Shown here in pieces: positions 21,569-32,470 of a stretch of 64,000 nucleotides of DNA (position 1 is its first letter; every line of letters begins with the position of its first letter). A program made the position numbers and the translations under genes. The notes beneath the pieces were generated by a model. It did no database searches. It saw nothing but the letters and a program-made list of their open reading frames with translations, and had not been told where the DNA came from. Origin of the DNA: Bacillota bacterium (GTDB lineage: Bacteria; Bacillota; Bacilli; Bacillales; Amphibacillaceae); contig DATGSQ010000013.1 of the NCBI GenBank assembly GCA_035302425.1, forward strand, positions 16,965-80,964. The letters run 5' to 3'.

Positions 21569-22066
21569 TTAAATACACTTTTCCCCTAGATTAACTGTTC
21601 TTACATTTAAACAACCTGTCTCAGGATCAAACTCGATCGTTCGTCCACTATTTCCACCAACATCTTTGGCAACGATAGGAATATTAATTTGTTGTAAAGC
21701 TTTTTCAACTGCTTCAACATTTCTAGGGCCAATACGCATAACGTTAGAGTCCGCTGATAATTTAAACATTTGTGCGCCACCGGCAATTTTAGCCTTCAAT
21801 GCAAAGGACCGCGCACCGTTTTTCTTTAATAGGTTAACTAAATACGGAATAGCTGTATTAGCATATTTGTAAATATTATAATTTTTCTCTTTCGTCAAAT
21901 TTGAATCGGGTAACATGACATGGGCTAAACCGGCAATTTTTCTTTGTTGATCGTAAATGACAACACCAACACATGATCCTAATCCAGTCGTGCGAATTTT
22001 ATTTGGAGCTAAGGCGATATTTAAATCTGAAATTCCAACTCTAATAACGGTAGCTTGTTTATGCAT
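21569..22066 (-). CDS. cheD: chemoreceptor glutamine deamidase
   Basis: TTGLGSCVG, AHVMLP, AKIAGGAQMF. Confidence 0.96.
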   Translation of the reverse strand: MHKQATVIRVGISDLNIALAPNKIRTTGLGSCVGVVIYDQQRKIAGLAHVMLPDSNLTKEKNYNIYKYANTAIPYLVNLLKKNGARSFALKAKIAGGAQMFKLSADSNVMRIGPRNVEAVEKALQQINIPIVAKDVGGNSGRTIEFDPETGCLNVRTVNLGEKCI

Positions 22067-22688
22067 CGTTATTTATTCCTAAAGACGCAAATATTATTTC
22101 TAAGGAGTCCGGATCAGGTAATAAGAAAAAGTGTCCCGTTATGCCGTTAATCCTTTGATCATTAATTTCTGTATTAATAACGATTGCATAATCGGATATT
22201 CTAGATAATTCGACAAGTCCAACTGTTAAAATCGCCCCGGCCATATCTACCGCTAAATGTGGGATTGATGGACGAATACTTAAATTGAGAAAGTCTGATA
22301 ATGCTGTTAAATAAGCTCCCGTAATAATGTTAGCTGATTCCTTTAACGCAGAAAAAGCTAACGGATCTACTGTATCACCTTGTAAATTAAGGTTTGGATC
22401 ATTCGTCATTTGGTGAACAAGTTTTTCCGCCTCTTCTACCGATAACATAAAAAAGACTGATCCCGTTAAATCACCACATATTTCAAAAAACATCCCGACA
22501 ATAAGCTTTTCTGGCCCACCAACAATATCCATCATTTCATCAAAATTAACAATATTTACAATCGGCACTTCCATATGCACTTGTTGATCAATAAGTTGTG
22601 CCATTGATGTCGCTGCATTACCAGCACCTATATTGCCGATCTCTCGTAATATATCAATGTGCATATTCGTTAATTTGCTTGGTTCCAT
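22059..22688 (-). CDS. cheC: CheY-P phosphatase CheC
   Basis: DILREIGNIGAGNAAT; SALKESANI. Confidence 0.95.
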   Translation of the reverse strand: MEPSKLTNMHIDILREIGNIGAGNAATSMAQLIDQQVHMEVPIVNIVNFDEMMDIVGGPEKLIVGMFFEICGDLTGSVFFMLSVEEAEKLVHQMTNDPNLNLQGDTVDPLAFSALKESANIITGAYLTALSDFLNLSIRPSIPHLAVDMAGAILTVGLVELSRISDYAIVINTEINDQRINGITGHFFLLPDPDSLEIIFASLGINNDA

Positions 22689-22692
22689 AATG

Positions 22693-23163
22693 TTATCCTT
22701 CCACAGTTTTTAGTTCATCAATATCTTGAGTTGTTAAGACTTTTTCTAAATCGAGTAAAATAAGTAAACGGTCATCGACTTTTGCTACTCCTGAAATATA
22801 ATTTACATCTACTGCTCCAACGACTGTGGGTGCCGGCTCAATGCTTTGCTCCGGAATATCTATGACGTCATTTGCAGCATCAACAATTAAACCGACTTCA
22901 ATATCATCGATATATGTAATGATAATTCGTGTTGCATCAGTATGATCCGTTTCAGGTAAATTAAAACGATTCCGCAAATCAATTACAGGAGTAACTACAC
23001 CACGTAAATTAATAACTCCTTTGACAAAGTCAGCCGCTTGTGGCACACGAGTAATCGTTAACATGCGCTCAATTGATCCGACTTGATCAACGGAAAGTGC
23101 ATATTCTTCATCTGCTAATTGAAAGACGATAACTTTTTGATCATTCACCATTTCTTGATTCAT
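22693..23163 (-). CDS. cheW: chemotaxis coupling protein CheW
   Basis: GVINLRGVVTPVIDLR. Confidence 0.96.
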   Translation of the reverse strand: MNQEMVNDQKVIVFQLADEEYALSVDQVGSIERMLTITRVPQAADFVKGVINLRGVVTPVIDLRNRFNLPETDHTDATRIIITYIDDIEVGLIVDAANDVIDIPEQSIEPAPTVVGAVDVNYISGVAKVDDRLLILLDLEKVLTTQDIDELKTVEG

Positions 23164-23178
23164 AAAAACTCCTCCTGA

Positions 23179-25203
23179 TCATTTAATAAGGGCGTTACTG
23201 TCAATAATAAGGGCTACTTCACCATCACCTAAGATCGTTGCACCTGATATAGCAAAAATATTCGTTAAATAATTACCTAAAGACTTTAGAACGACTTCCT
23301 GTTGACCAATAAATGAATCGACGACTAATCCTGTCATCTTTTCACCTTGCTTGACGATTACAATTGAATAATAATCGTCGGCTACTTCCGATGAATTGTC
23401 TGGCACAGAAAAAATATCGTTTAAAAATGCTAACGGTACAACTTTTCCACGAAAATGAATGACTTTTTTATGATGTGCATTTAAAATTTCATCTTTATGA
23501 ACGATTGCCGTTTCTAATATAGAAGATAAAGGAATGGCATATTTTTCTTGTCCTAATTCAACGAGTAAAACTGAAATAATTGATAATGTTAATGGCAATT
23601 GGATAGAAAATACCGAACCTTTTTCATACGTTGAATCAATCGAAATGCTACCACCTAACATTTCAATCGTTGTTTTAACAACGTCTAAGCCGACCCCTCT
23701 ACCGGAGACATCGGAAACTTCCTTTGATGTTGAAAAGCCACTTTCCATAATAAGTTCATATACTTGTTGGTCAGATAATAAGGCTGCTTCATCTTCAGAA
23801 ATAACACCTTTAGATATAGCGCTTGCTAAAACTTTATCTTTATCAATTCCCGCACCATCATCACTTATTTCAATAAATACATGGTTACCACTATGGAATG
23901 CTCTTAACTGAATGGTTCCCTGAGCCGGTTTTCCTTTGTTTACCCGATCTTCAGGCATTTCTATACCATGGTCCATCGCATTTCTAATAAGATGAACGAG
24001 CGGATCACCAATTTCATCAATAACCGTACGATCTAGTTCAGTATCTGCACCGATAATTTCAATATTAACCTCTTTACCTAAATCACGTGATAATTGACGA
24101 ATCATGCGTGGAAACCGATTAAACACTTGATCAATTGGTACCATACGCATGTTTAAAATGATATTTTGTAAATCACCCGAAACCCGGGACATTCTTTCAA
24201 CTGTTTCCCGTAAATCTGCATGATCAAGATCTTGGGAAATTTGTTCGAGTCGTCCCCGATCTATAACTAATTCTTCAAACAAATTCATTAAAATATCGAG
24301 TCGCTCAATGTTAACACGAATCGTTTTTCGAACAGGGGTCGTTGTCGGTTGTTGCGTTGTTTTTGCTGTAGTCGTGTCTGATTTTTTCTTAGTTGCCGCT
24401 TGCTCTTCTTCCGCTTTACGCTGTTTCGTATACGATTCTACCGAAAATGGCTGAATATTAATCGTCTTAATTTCGGATACTTTTGATATTTTATTTCTAA
24501 TTTCATCTATAGGGTTTTTAGAAACTAATATTAATGAAAAACTTAAGTCAAAATTTTCCTCTTCTAAATCAGTCACCGACGGTTCTGATTTAATAATTTC
24601 TCCAAGTTGTTCAAGTACTTCGAAAATCATAAAAACACGAGCGCCTTTTAGTAAACAATGTTCACTTAATTCAATCGCTATTTCGTAGTTTGTATATCCT
24701 TGTTCAGTTGATTCTTGTAAAATTGTTAATTCAAATTCATCTAACGATTTAATCGATTGTAATTGATCTGTTTCTGTAGTTGCCGTCACTTGTTCCGCAG
24801 CAGCTTTTGTTTGTTCAATACCTTTGTTTTGAACAATTAGTTTTAATGAATTCATAATTTGTGTAACATCATGATCACCTGAACCACCACTAGCAATATC
24901 ATCAATCATCGCGTTTAAATGATCACTCGTTTCAAAAACAATATCAATTAATTCGGCGGTTACTGTTAATTCATCGTTACGAATAGCATCAAAAACTTCT
25001 TCCAAATCATGGGTTAAATCTGCTAAACTTTGAAAACCCATCGTTGCGGACATACCTTTTAACGTATGAGCTGCCCGAAAAATTTTTTCAATAATATCTT
25101 CATTTTCAGGGTCATTTTCTAAATTAAGAACTTCTTCATTCAATGTTTGTAAATGCTCCATACTTTCATCAATAAATACGTCTAAATATTGTGATGTATC
25201 CAT
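23179..25203 (-). CDS. cheA: chemotaxis histidine kinase CheA
   Basis: FRAAHTLKG (Hpt), HLIRNAMDHGIE, SGRGVGLDVV. Confidence 0.98.
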   Translation of the reverse strand: MDTSQYLDVFIDESMEHLQTLNEEVLNLENDPENEDIIEKIFRAAHTLKGMSATMGFQSLADLTHDLEEVFDAIRNDELTVTAELIDIVFETSDHLNAMIDDIASGGSGDHDVTQIMNSLKLIVQNKGIEQTKAAAEQVTATTETDQLQSIKSLDEFELTILQESTEQGYTNYEIAIELSEHCLLKGARVFMIFEVLEQLGEIIKSEPSVTDLEEENFDLSFSLILVSKNPIDEIRNKISKVSEIKTINIQPFSVESYTKQRKAEEEQAATKKKSDTTTAKTTQQPTTTPVRKTIRVNIERLDILMNLFEELVIDRGRLEQISQDLDHADLRETVERMSRVSGDLQNIILNMRMVPIDQVFNRFPRMIRQLSRDLGKEVNIEIIGADTELDRTVIDEIGDPLVHLIRNAMDHGIEMPEDRVNKGKPAQGTIQLRAFHSGNHVFIEISDDGAGIDKDKVLASAISKGVISEDEAALLSDQQVYELIMESGFSTSKEVSDVSGRGVGLDVVKTTIEMLGGSISIDSTYEKGSVFSIQLPLTLSIISVLLVELGQEKYAIPLSSILETAIVHKDEILNAHHKKVIHFRGKVVPLAFLNDIFSVPDNSSEVADDYYSIVIVKQGEKMTGLVVDSFIGQQEVVLKSLGNYLTNIFAISGATILGDGEVALIIDSNALIK

Positions 25204-25206
25204 AAA

Positions 25207-26262
25207 CTATTCCCTCCTCGTTTCCTTAATGATTTTTTTAATCGATTTTCCGATATGATCAAGTGGAATGACTTTATCGACACATTTCGTTGCGACAGCT
25301 GCTTTTGGCATTCCATAGACAACAGCCGACTGTTCTGCTTCGGCAATAACTAGCGAATGTGGAGATAATTGTTTCATTATTTTTACACCATCTGCACCAT
25401 CTCTTCCCATTCCCGTTAAAATGATTGATATTTTGTTCATACGCTCTAAACGGGCGATAGATTTAAACAAAACATCAACAGATGGACGATGGTTGTTAAC
25501 GAGTTTATCTTTTGTTAAATGAATGACTTGTCTGTTGCCAACTTGTCTTACTTGCATATGATAATCTCCCGGTGCTATATATGCCTTACCTTGTTCAACG
25601 ACTTCACCATGTTCTGCCTCTTTAACTTTAATATTTGCTACCGTATTTAAGCGATCGGCTAAAGACCGGGTAAATCCTGAAGGCATATGTTGGACAATTA
25701 AAATAGCTGCCTGAAAATCCTTTGGTAAGTATGTAAGAATTTTTTGCAATGCTCTTGGACCGCCTGTAGATGTGCCGATAGCGATGATTGTTTGATCATA
25801 CTTTTGAACAAATGGTTTGTCGTAATTTAGTTGTATATGCTTATTTTCCTTTTCAATATTTGCTTGTGCTGCGGCAATAACTTTAGAAATAATTTCATCC
25901 TTCAACGTATGAATATCTAAAGAAATTGGACCCGATGGTTTCGAAATAAAGTCTACAGCTCCCATTGAAATAGCTTGCAATGTTCTTTTTGCCCCTTCTG
26001 TCGTACTACTAGAGATCATTAAGACTGGAAGTGGATCATTTAACATAATTTGTTCCAATGTCATTAAGCCGTCCATAACAGGCATTTCAACATCTAATGT
26101 GACGACGTCAGGATTTTTAGATTTTATTTTATTTAATGCATCTTTCCCATTTCGTGCTGTACCGATGACTTCTATACGCTCATCAGTTGCTAATATATCA
26201 CGAATAACTTTTCTCATAAACGCTGAATCGTCAACGATGAGAACGCGGACTTTTTTGTTCAA
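25207..26262 (-). CDS. cheB: chemotaxis methylesterase CheB
   Basis: Receiver domain plus STGGP, QHMP, TGMGRDG. Confidence 0.97.
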   Translation of the reverse strand: MNKKVRVLIVDDSAFMRKVIRDILATDERIEVIGTARNGKDALNKIKSKNPDVVTLDVEMPVMDGLMTLEQIMLNDPLPVLMISSSTTEGAKRTLQAISMGAVDFISKPSGPISLDIHTLKDEIISKVIAAAQANIEKENKHIQLNYDKPFVQKYDQTIIAIGTSTGGPRALQKILTYLPKDFQAAILIVQHMPSGFTRSLADRLNTVANIKVKEAEHGEVVEQGKAYIAPGDYHMQVRQVGNRQVIHLTKDKLVNNHRPSVDVLFKSIARLERMNKISIILTGMGRDGADGVKIMKQLSPHSLVIAEAEQSAVVYGMPKAAVATKCVDKVIPLDHIGKSIKKIIKETRRE

Positions 26263-26267
26263 AATGA

Positions 26268-27134
26268 TCACCTCTTCATAAGAAGTTGCTTAAACTTTTG
26301 TATAAATGATGGTTTAGTATTAATGTTATCTGCATTTTTTTTGGTTAAATAATGGTGAGTCATTTGCCGAATTCCCTTCGCCATTGGTGAGCGGTTATTT
26401 TCAATTAATAAAGGTATTTGTCTAATAACTGATTGTGTCACTCGTTTGTCATCAGGCAAATAGCCAAGAGCATGTACATCATAATTTAAAAAATGTTTTA
26501 CGACCTTCTGGAAACGTTCTATCGATTGTTTACCTTGCTTCATAGAAGTCATTCGATTCATAATTAAATAGATGGGAATTGTTTGATTAAGTTTAATAAT
26601 ATGTTTAATCATTCCATATGCATCAGTTATAGCGGTCGGCTCTGGAGTTGTCACAACAAAACATTCATCAGCTGCTAAGACGAAAAACATACTATCTTCA
26701 CTAGCCCCAGCCCCAATATCAAATATTATAAAATCATACATTTGTTGTACTTTTTCATATTGATTAAGGAAATAGCTTGCATCTTCATTAGTCATCTTAA
26801 ACATATGTTCTAATGTTTTTCCACCAGCGACATATGATATGTTGTTTGGCCCACGTTCAATGATTGCTTCAATAGGCATCCGTTGTTTAATCATATCTAC
26901 AACCGTATGTTTGGCGTTTAAACCAAGTAAAATATCGACGTTTCCCATCCCGACATCTAAATCAATTAAAAGTACAGACTTTTTGGAATTGATCAATTCA
27001 AGGGAAAAGTTTACCGATATATTTGATTTACCAACGCCACCTTTCCCGCTAACAACTGCTATCGTATGGCCTTTTTTATTATCTTGATGTTGTTCCACCG
27101 ACTGTCGCAAATATTTCGCCTGATCGTCAATCAT
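26268..27134 (-). CDS. flhG: MinD-like ATPase FlhG (YlxH)
   Basis: DQA N-terminal motif, SGKGGVGKS, TTPEPTAITDAY. Confidence 0.93.
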   Translation of the reverse strand: MIDDQAKYLRQSVEQHQDNKKGHTIAVVSGKGGVGKSNISVNFSLELINSKKSVLLIDLDVGMGNVDILLGLNAKHTVVDMIKQRMPIEAIIERGPNNISYVAGGKTLEHMFKMTNEDASYFLNQYEKVQQMYDFIIFDIGAGASEDSMFFVLAADECFVVTTPEPTAITDAYGMIKHIIKLNQTIPIYLIMNRMTSMKQGKQSIERFQKVVKHFLNYDVHALGYLPDDKRVTQSVIRQIPLLIENNRSPMAKGIRQMTHHYLTKKNADNINTKPSFIQKFKQLLMKR

Positions 27135-28254
27135 AATATTCACTCATTATATAATGACTAATTCGTGTAGCTGTAGGCGTAATAATGTCGTTTGGAACAT
27201 CTTGGCCATTCGTTACATAAGCAATATCAACATTATTTTGCATGCCAATATTTAGAAGGCTACCATATTGTCTTGTTTCATCAGCTTTTGTAAATATTAC
27301 TTTTTTGTTTTTTATATGTGAAAATTGTTCAAGGGTATATAAAATATCGGTATATTTTGCCGTTAATGCAGCAACAAAAAAGACTTCCGTAAATTTCGTT
27401 GCTTCAATATATGGCGTTAATTCATTAACATAATTGCTTTCGCGGAAGTTTCGCCCGGCAGTATCGACGAAAATTAAGTCTACAGATGACAGTTTTTCTA
27501 CAGCACGTTTATAATCTTCTAATGAATAAGCGACCTCAATAGGAACTTCTAAAATGCGCGCATAAGTTTTTAATTGTTCGATCGCTGCAATTCGATAAGT
27601 ATCCATTGTTATAAATGCAACAGACTTTTTCTTTTCTAATAAACTTTTAGCCGCGAGCTTCGCAAGTGTCGTCGTTTTTCCAACACCTGTTGGTCCGATT
27701 AATTGTACGATTCGTGTCGATGCATCTATTCCGGAAAAAGATAAATGTGCTAAGTGATTTTCTATCCATTTTTTTATATCGTCAATTAATTGTTCAATTG
27801 ATACCGTTAAATCTCCCTCGTGTTTTTGTTGTACATGGGAGATAATTTCATGAGCTATTTTTTGGTCAACTTCTTGATCAATTAAAAATTCATATAACAA
27901 TTGATAACTTTTAGAAAATTGCTCATTACCTACTATGTTTTGTTGCTCAAGCATTTTACGTAAATGTTTTATTTCTGAAACGATATTTTGCTGTTTGAAA
28001 TCGTCCAATTGACTTTGTTTTAAAAACTCACTAGGAGTAACGTTTTTAGTTTTTATAGTTGCTTTTTGTTTTCGTTTGACTGGCTGGGGGTCTAAAGCAG
28101 CGATGACCTCTACACGTGGTTTTTTAAATAGGCCAAAAAAACCGCTACTTTTCACTTCTTTCGATTGCAAAATAACAGCATCTTTTCCTAATTGTGTACG
28201 TATTTGTTTCATTGCTTCAGGCATTGTGGCTGCGGTAATTTTTTTTATTTTCAA
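27127..28254 (-). CDS. flhF: SRP-type GTPase FlhF
   Basis: [28 protein letters not shown]. Confidence 0.95.
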   Translation of the reverse strand: MKIKKITAATMPEAMKQIRTQLGKDAVILQSKEVKSSGFFGLFKKPRVEVIAALDPQPVKRKQKATIKTKNVTPSEFLKQSQLDDFKQQNIVSEIKHLRKMLEQQNIVGNEQFSKSYQLLYEFLIDQEVDQKIAHEIISHVQQKHEGDLTVSIEQLIDDIKKWIENHLAHLSFSGIDASTRIVQLIGPTGVGKTTTLAKLAAKSLLEKKKSVAFITMDTYRIAAIEQLKTYARILEVPIEVAYSLEDYKRAVEKLSSVDLIFVDTAGRNFRESNYVNELTPYIEATKFTEVFFVAALTAKYTDILYTLEQFSHIKNKKVIFTKADETRQYGSLLNIGMQNNVDIAYVTNGQDVPNDIITPTATRISHYIMSEYYD

Positions 28255-30284
28255 GTAATATTCACCACCCCAACACTTTCCACTTCAACATGTGGTTCTA
28301 ATTCGTTATATGATAGGACGACGACATCTTGAATAAATCGTTCGATGAGCTGCTTAACATGCATCCGAATAGCTGGTGAACAAATAATGATCGGTGTTGC
28401 TTGTTGTAACCTTACTTGCTCAATAAGTTCGTGTATAGCATGTATAATCGTTTGTTGTTTTTCGATGTCGAGGGATAAGTATTGTCCATGCTCAGATTGT
28501 TGAATATGATCTAAGATTGTTTGTTCAACCTCACTTGATAATGTGACAACTTTAATCGAATCATTGTTGTTTAAATATTGTTCAGTGATTTGTGTTGCTA
28601 AAGATTGACGTACATATTCAGTTAATAAATTTGGATCATGGGTCATTTTTGAGTAATCTGCTACAGCTTCAAATATGACCGGCAAATTACGAATCGAAAC
28701 ATTTTCCTTTAATAAATTCGCTAATACTTTTTGAACATCGCCAATGGCTAAAGGTTCTGGTGTTACTTCTTCAACGAGAATTGGATAACTTTCCGCTAAA
28801 TGGTCAACTAATTGTTTCGTCTCTTGGCGACCTAATAAAACGTGTGCGTGCCTTTTAATAACTTCTGTTAAATGAGTTGAAATAACTGATGGTGGATCAA
28901 CAACTGTATAGCCATATAATTCAGCTTCTTCCTTAATATCTTCACTAATCCATTTAGCTGGTAAGCCAAAAGCGGGTTCAGTCGTATCAATCCCATCAAT
29001 TGAATCATCATCAATATCCGGTGACATCGCTAAATAGTGGTCTAAAAGTATTTCACCGTTAGCAACGACGTTACCTTTAATTTTTAGGCGATATTCATTC
29101 GGTTCTAATTGAATATTATCGCGTATTCTTACAACAGGGATAACTAATCCTAATTCAATCGCAAGTTGTCGCCTAATCATAATGACACGATCAAGCAAAT
29201 CTCCACCTTGACTTGCATCAACTAATGGGATTAACGTGTAGCCAAATTCAAATTCAATCGGGTCCATACTTAATAGTTCAACAACATTCTCTGGTTCCTG
29301 CAAAGCACTCGTCTCCGCTTCAGCAGCTTCAACATCTTCATCAACTTCATCATCGACAGCTCGTTGTTGTAATAAATACCCACCAATAGCTAAAATACTC
29401 GCAATTGACGTCGTTAGGAAAAATTTAATCGGTGTTAAGCCTAATAAAAATATCGTACCGGCTGCAATATAAAGCAATTTCGGATATTGTAAAAGTTGCC
29501 CCGTTACATCAGTACCTAAATTGCCTTCTGTCGTTACTCGGGTTACAACAATACCGGTTGCCGTTGCAATTAACAAGGCAGGTATTTGACTGACGAGACC
29601 ATCGCCAACCGTCAAACGCATATACGTTTCAACAGCTTCTTGAAATGTGAAGCCCATTTGAACCATCCCGATGATCAAGCCAAAGATAATGTTAATGATA
29701 ACGATAATAATTCCTGCAATCGCATCACCTTTAACGAACTTACTCGCACCATCCATCGCTCCATAAAAATCAGCTTCTTGTTCAACTTTTTCTCGGCGTT
29801 CGCGGGCCTCTTTTTCTGAAATTAAGCCAGCATTAAGATCTGCATCAATACTCATCTGTTTACCTGGCATCGCATCTAGCGTAAAACGAGCAGCAACCTC
29901 AGAAACACGTTCTGCTCCTTTTGTAATAACGATAAATTGAATAATAACTAAAATAATAAATACAACAAAACCAACGAGTGGATTGTTACCAATAACAAAC
30001 GATCCGAAAGTATCAACAACTACCCCAGCATCTGCTTTTGATAAAATCGAACGTGTCGTTGAAACGTTAAGCCCTAAACGAAACAATGTTAAGAGTAGTA
30101 AGAGTGATGGAAATATGGAAAATTGTAAAGCATGTTGTGTATTCATAGATACTAAAATAACGATTAAAGCTAGTGAAATATTCGTTAAAATAAGGATACT
30201 TAATAACCATCCCGGAAGTGGAATGACTAACATAATAATTATTAAAATAACGGCTAATAGTACGGATAAATCTCTTACCTTCAT
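28251..30284 (-). CDS. flhA: flagellar export gate protein FlhA
   Basis: EVAARFTLDAMPGKQMSIDADLNAG. Confidence 0.98.
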   Translation of the reverse strand: MKVRDLSVLLAVILIIIMLVIPLPGWLLSILILTNISLALIVILVSMNTQHALQFSIFPSLLLLLTLFRLGLNVSTTRSILSKADAGVVVDTFGSFVIGNNPLVGFVVFIILVIIQFIVITKGAERVSEVAARFTLDAMPGKQMSIDADLNAGLISEKEARERREKVEQEADFYGAMDGASKFVKGDAIAGIIIVIINIIFGLIIGMVQMGFTFQEAVETYMRLTVGDGLVSQIPALLIATATGIVVTRVTTEGNLGTDVTGQLLQYPKLLYIAAGTIFLLGLTPIKFFLTTSIASILAIGGYLLQQRAVDDEVDEDVEAAEAETSALQEPENVVELLSMDPIEFEFGYTLIPLVDASQGGDLLDRVIMIRRQLAIELGLVIPVVRIRDNIQLEPNEYRLKIKGNVVANGEILLDHYLAMSPDIDDDSIDGIDTTEPAFGLPAKWISEDIKEEAELYGYTVVDPPSVISTHLTEVIKRHAHVLLGRQETKQLVDHLAESYPILVEEVTPEPLAIGDVQKVLANLLKENVSIRNLPVIFEAVADYSKMTHDPNLLTEYVRQSLATQITEQYLNNNDSIKVVTLSSEVEQTILDHIQQSEHGQYLSLDIEKQQTIIHAIHELIEQVRLQQATPIIICSPAIRMHVKQLIERFIQDVVVLSYNELEPHVEVESVGVVNIT

Positions 30285-30302
30285 TTATTCCATCCCCTGT
30301 AA

Positions 30303-31382
30303 TTACACTCTGTTTTCTAATTGGTAAACGTATGCTAACACTTCAGCAATTGCTTCATAAAATTTTTCCGGGATAATATCACCTATATCGAGTGAATGAT
30401 AAAGTGATCTGGCGAGTGGTGGGTTTTCCACCGTCGCAATATCATTAGCTTTGGCTACTTCAATAATTTTTAAAGCGATATCGTCTTTTCCCATAGCGAT
30501 GATATAGGGTGCACTTGCTTTATGTTCATCATATTTTAAAGCGACGGCAAAATGGGTTGGGTTTGTTATAACAACATCTGCTGTCGGTATTTCACTCATC
30601 ATTCGGCGCATCGCAAATTCACGTTGCTTTTCTTTCATTTTTGATTTGATAAGCGGATCTCCTTCAATATCTTTATGTTCATCTTTAATATCTTGTTTTG
30701 ACATACGAATATTTTTTTCAAAGTCGTACTTTTGATACATATAATCAAGAACCGCTAAAAATAAAAGGGCAATAATTGCTGAAATGCCCATAACAATTGT
30801 CGTTCGACCAAAAAAAGCAATCGATTCATGAATACTTTTAAAGGAAAGCATCATCATATCGTCTTTAAAAAGCCAAATGACGAAAAATGTAATAATACTT
30901 ATGAGTAATATTTTAAGCAATGATTTTAGTAATTCAACAAGCGCTCGTATAGAAAAAATACGTTTAGCCCCTTGAATCGGATCAAGCTTTTTTAAATCAA
31001 ACTTAAGTGGTTCTGTCGTAAAAAGAAAACCAATTTGTAGTAAATTAGCCCCCACTGAAGCGATAAACGTTACGAGCATTATCGGTACGACAATCATTGC
31101 TAACTGTATAAAAAGATCATTGATAAGTTGCATGAGTGATTGTTCATTAATTTCCCAATGAATATAATTTGTAAAGGTTTGGTGATAAAGTGTTGCCATA
31201 TGATCTTTCATATAACTTCCGTAAAAAGCTAACATCATAAAGGAAAATAATAATATAATTGCTGTGTTGACGTCTTGACTTTTCGCTACTCGACCTTTTT
31301 CTCGTTCATCTTGACGTTTTCTTGGAGTCGCTTTTTCTGTTTTTTCTTCTGCAAAAAACTGTAAATCTAGTTTTAATGGCAC
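30303..31382 (-). CDS. flhB: flagellar export switch protein FlhB
   Basis: EKTEKAT, NPTH autocleavage motif; GTG start 8 nt after GGAGG. Confidence 0.97.
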   Translation of the reverse strand: MPLKLDLQFFAEEKTEKATPRKRQDEREKGRVAKSQDVNTAIILLFSFMMLAFYGSYMKDHMATLYHQTFTNYIHWEINEQSLMQLINDLFIQLAMIVVPIMLVTFIASVGANLLQIGFLFTTEPLKFDLKKLDPIQGAKRIFSIRALVELLKSLLKILLISIITFFVIWLFKDDMMMLSFKSIHESIAFFGRTTIVMGISAIIALLFLAVLDYMYQKYDFEKNIRMSKQDIKDEHKDIEGDPLIKSKMKEKQREFAMRRMMSEIPTADVVITNPTHFAVALKYDEHKASAPYIIAMGKDDIALKIIEVAKANDIATVENPPLARSLYHSLDIGDIIPEKFYEAIAEVLAYVYQLENRV

Positions 31383-31383
31383 A

Positions 31384-32163
31384 TTATGCCCCTCCAAATA
31401 ATAAGAGTAAACGATGAATCGTTTGAAACATAAATTCAAATAGCGATCGTGCCAGTGTCATATACAAAGTTAGAAAGATAAGAATGGCGACGAAACTAAC
31501 GAAAATTTTTAACGGTAAACCGACAACAAATACGTTAACTTGAGGAACCGTGCGCGCAATAATCCCTAGTGCAATATCGACTAAAAATAAAGCCCCGACA
31601 ATTGGTATCGCAATTTGAAAAGCGATAATAACCATTTGATTAAACGTCTTAATAATGAATTTAACGACAGAATCATCACCTAAAGAAATGAACGTATCAA
31701 GCGGAATAATTTGATAACTAAAAAACATTCCATCAATGATTAAATGGTGACCATTAACCGCTAATAAAAATAATAAAGCAAAAATGTAAAAATATTGACC
31801 AATAATTGGGCTTTGAGCACCTGTTTGGGGATCAACAACGTTAGCGATCGCAAATCCCATTTGGAAGTCGATAAATCCTCCCGCTATTTGTACGGCTGAT
31901 AAGACCATGTAAGCAATGAAACCAATTAATAAACCAACAAGTGCTTCTTTAACTAACAAGATTAAATACAATTCATTAACGACTGCTACTGAAGCATCAA
32001 TCGTATAAAAAACAGTTAATGCTAAGAAAAAGCTTAAACCTATCTTGTACATTACAGGTATTGTACGATACGAAAATAACGGCATGACAACGAGAAAACT
32101 AAGCATGCGCACAAATATGAGTAAAAAAATTGGTATATATGCTAAATTAATAAGCTCTAACAT
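31384..32163 (-). CDS. fliR: flagellar export protein FliR
   Basis: AGGFIDFQMGF, RTVPQVNVFVVGLPLK. Confidence 0.96.
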   Translation of the reverse strand: MLELINLAYIPIFLLIFVRMLSFLVVMPLFSYRTIPVMYKIGLSFFLALTVFYTIDASVAVVNELYLILLVKEALVGLLIGFIAYMVLSAVQIAGGFIDFQMGFAIANVVDPQTGAQSPIIGQYFYIFALLFLLAVNGHHLIIDGMFFSYQIIPLDTFISLGDDSVVKFIIKTFNQMVIIAFQIAIPIVGALFLVDIALGIIARTVPQVNVFVVGLPLKIFVSFVAILIFLTLYMTLARSLFEFMFQTIHRLLLLFGGA

Positions 32164-32166
32164 CGT

Positions 32167-32436
32167 TTACCCTACAAACTGATTAATATTTTGATAAATT
32201 TCTACCGTAAATTCAACGATATGTGTGAGCATCCATCGGCCAAATATAACGATACCGACTAAGACAGCGATAATTTTCGGAATAAAGGCTAATGTTTGCT
32301 CTTGTATTTGTGTTGTTGCTTGGAAAATACTAACTAACAAACCTACCGCTAAAGCTAATAATAAAAGTGGGCCAGCAACAAATAAAATTGTTAATATCCC
32401 CTTTTCTGCAAGTATTAAAACAAGTTCATGACTCAA
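32167..32436 (-). CDS. fliQ: flagellar export protein FliQ
   Basis: VSIFQATTQIQEQTLAFIPK; TTG start. Confidence 0.96.
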   Translation of the reverse strand: MSHELVLILAEKGILTILFVAGPLLLLALAVGLLVSIFQATTQIQEQTLAFIPKIIAVLVGIVIFGRWMLTHIVEFTVEIYQNINQFVG

Positions 32437-32470
32437 GCAACACACCTACTTTTCTCATATATGTCATCTA

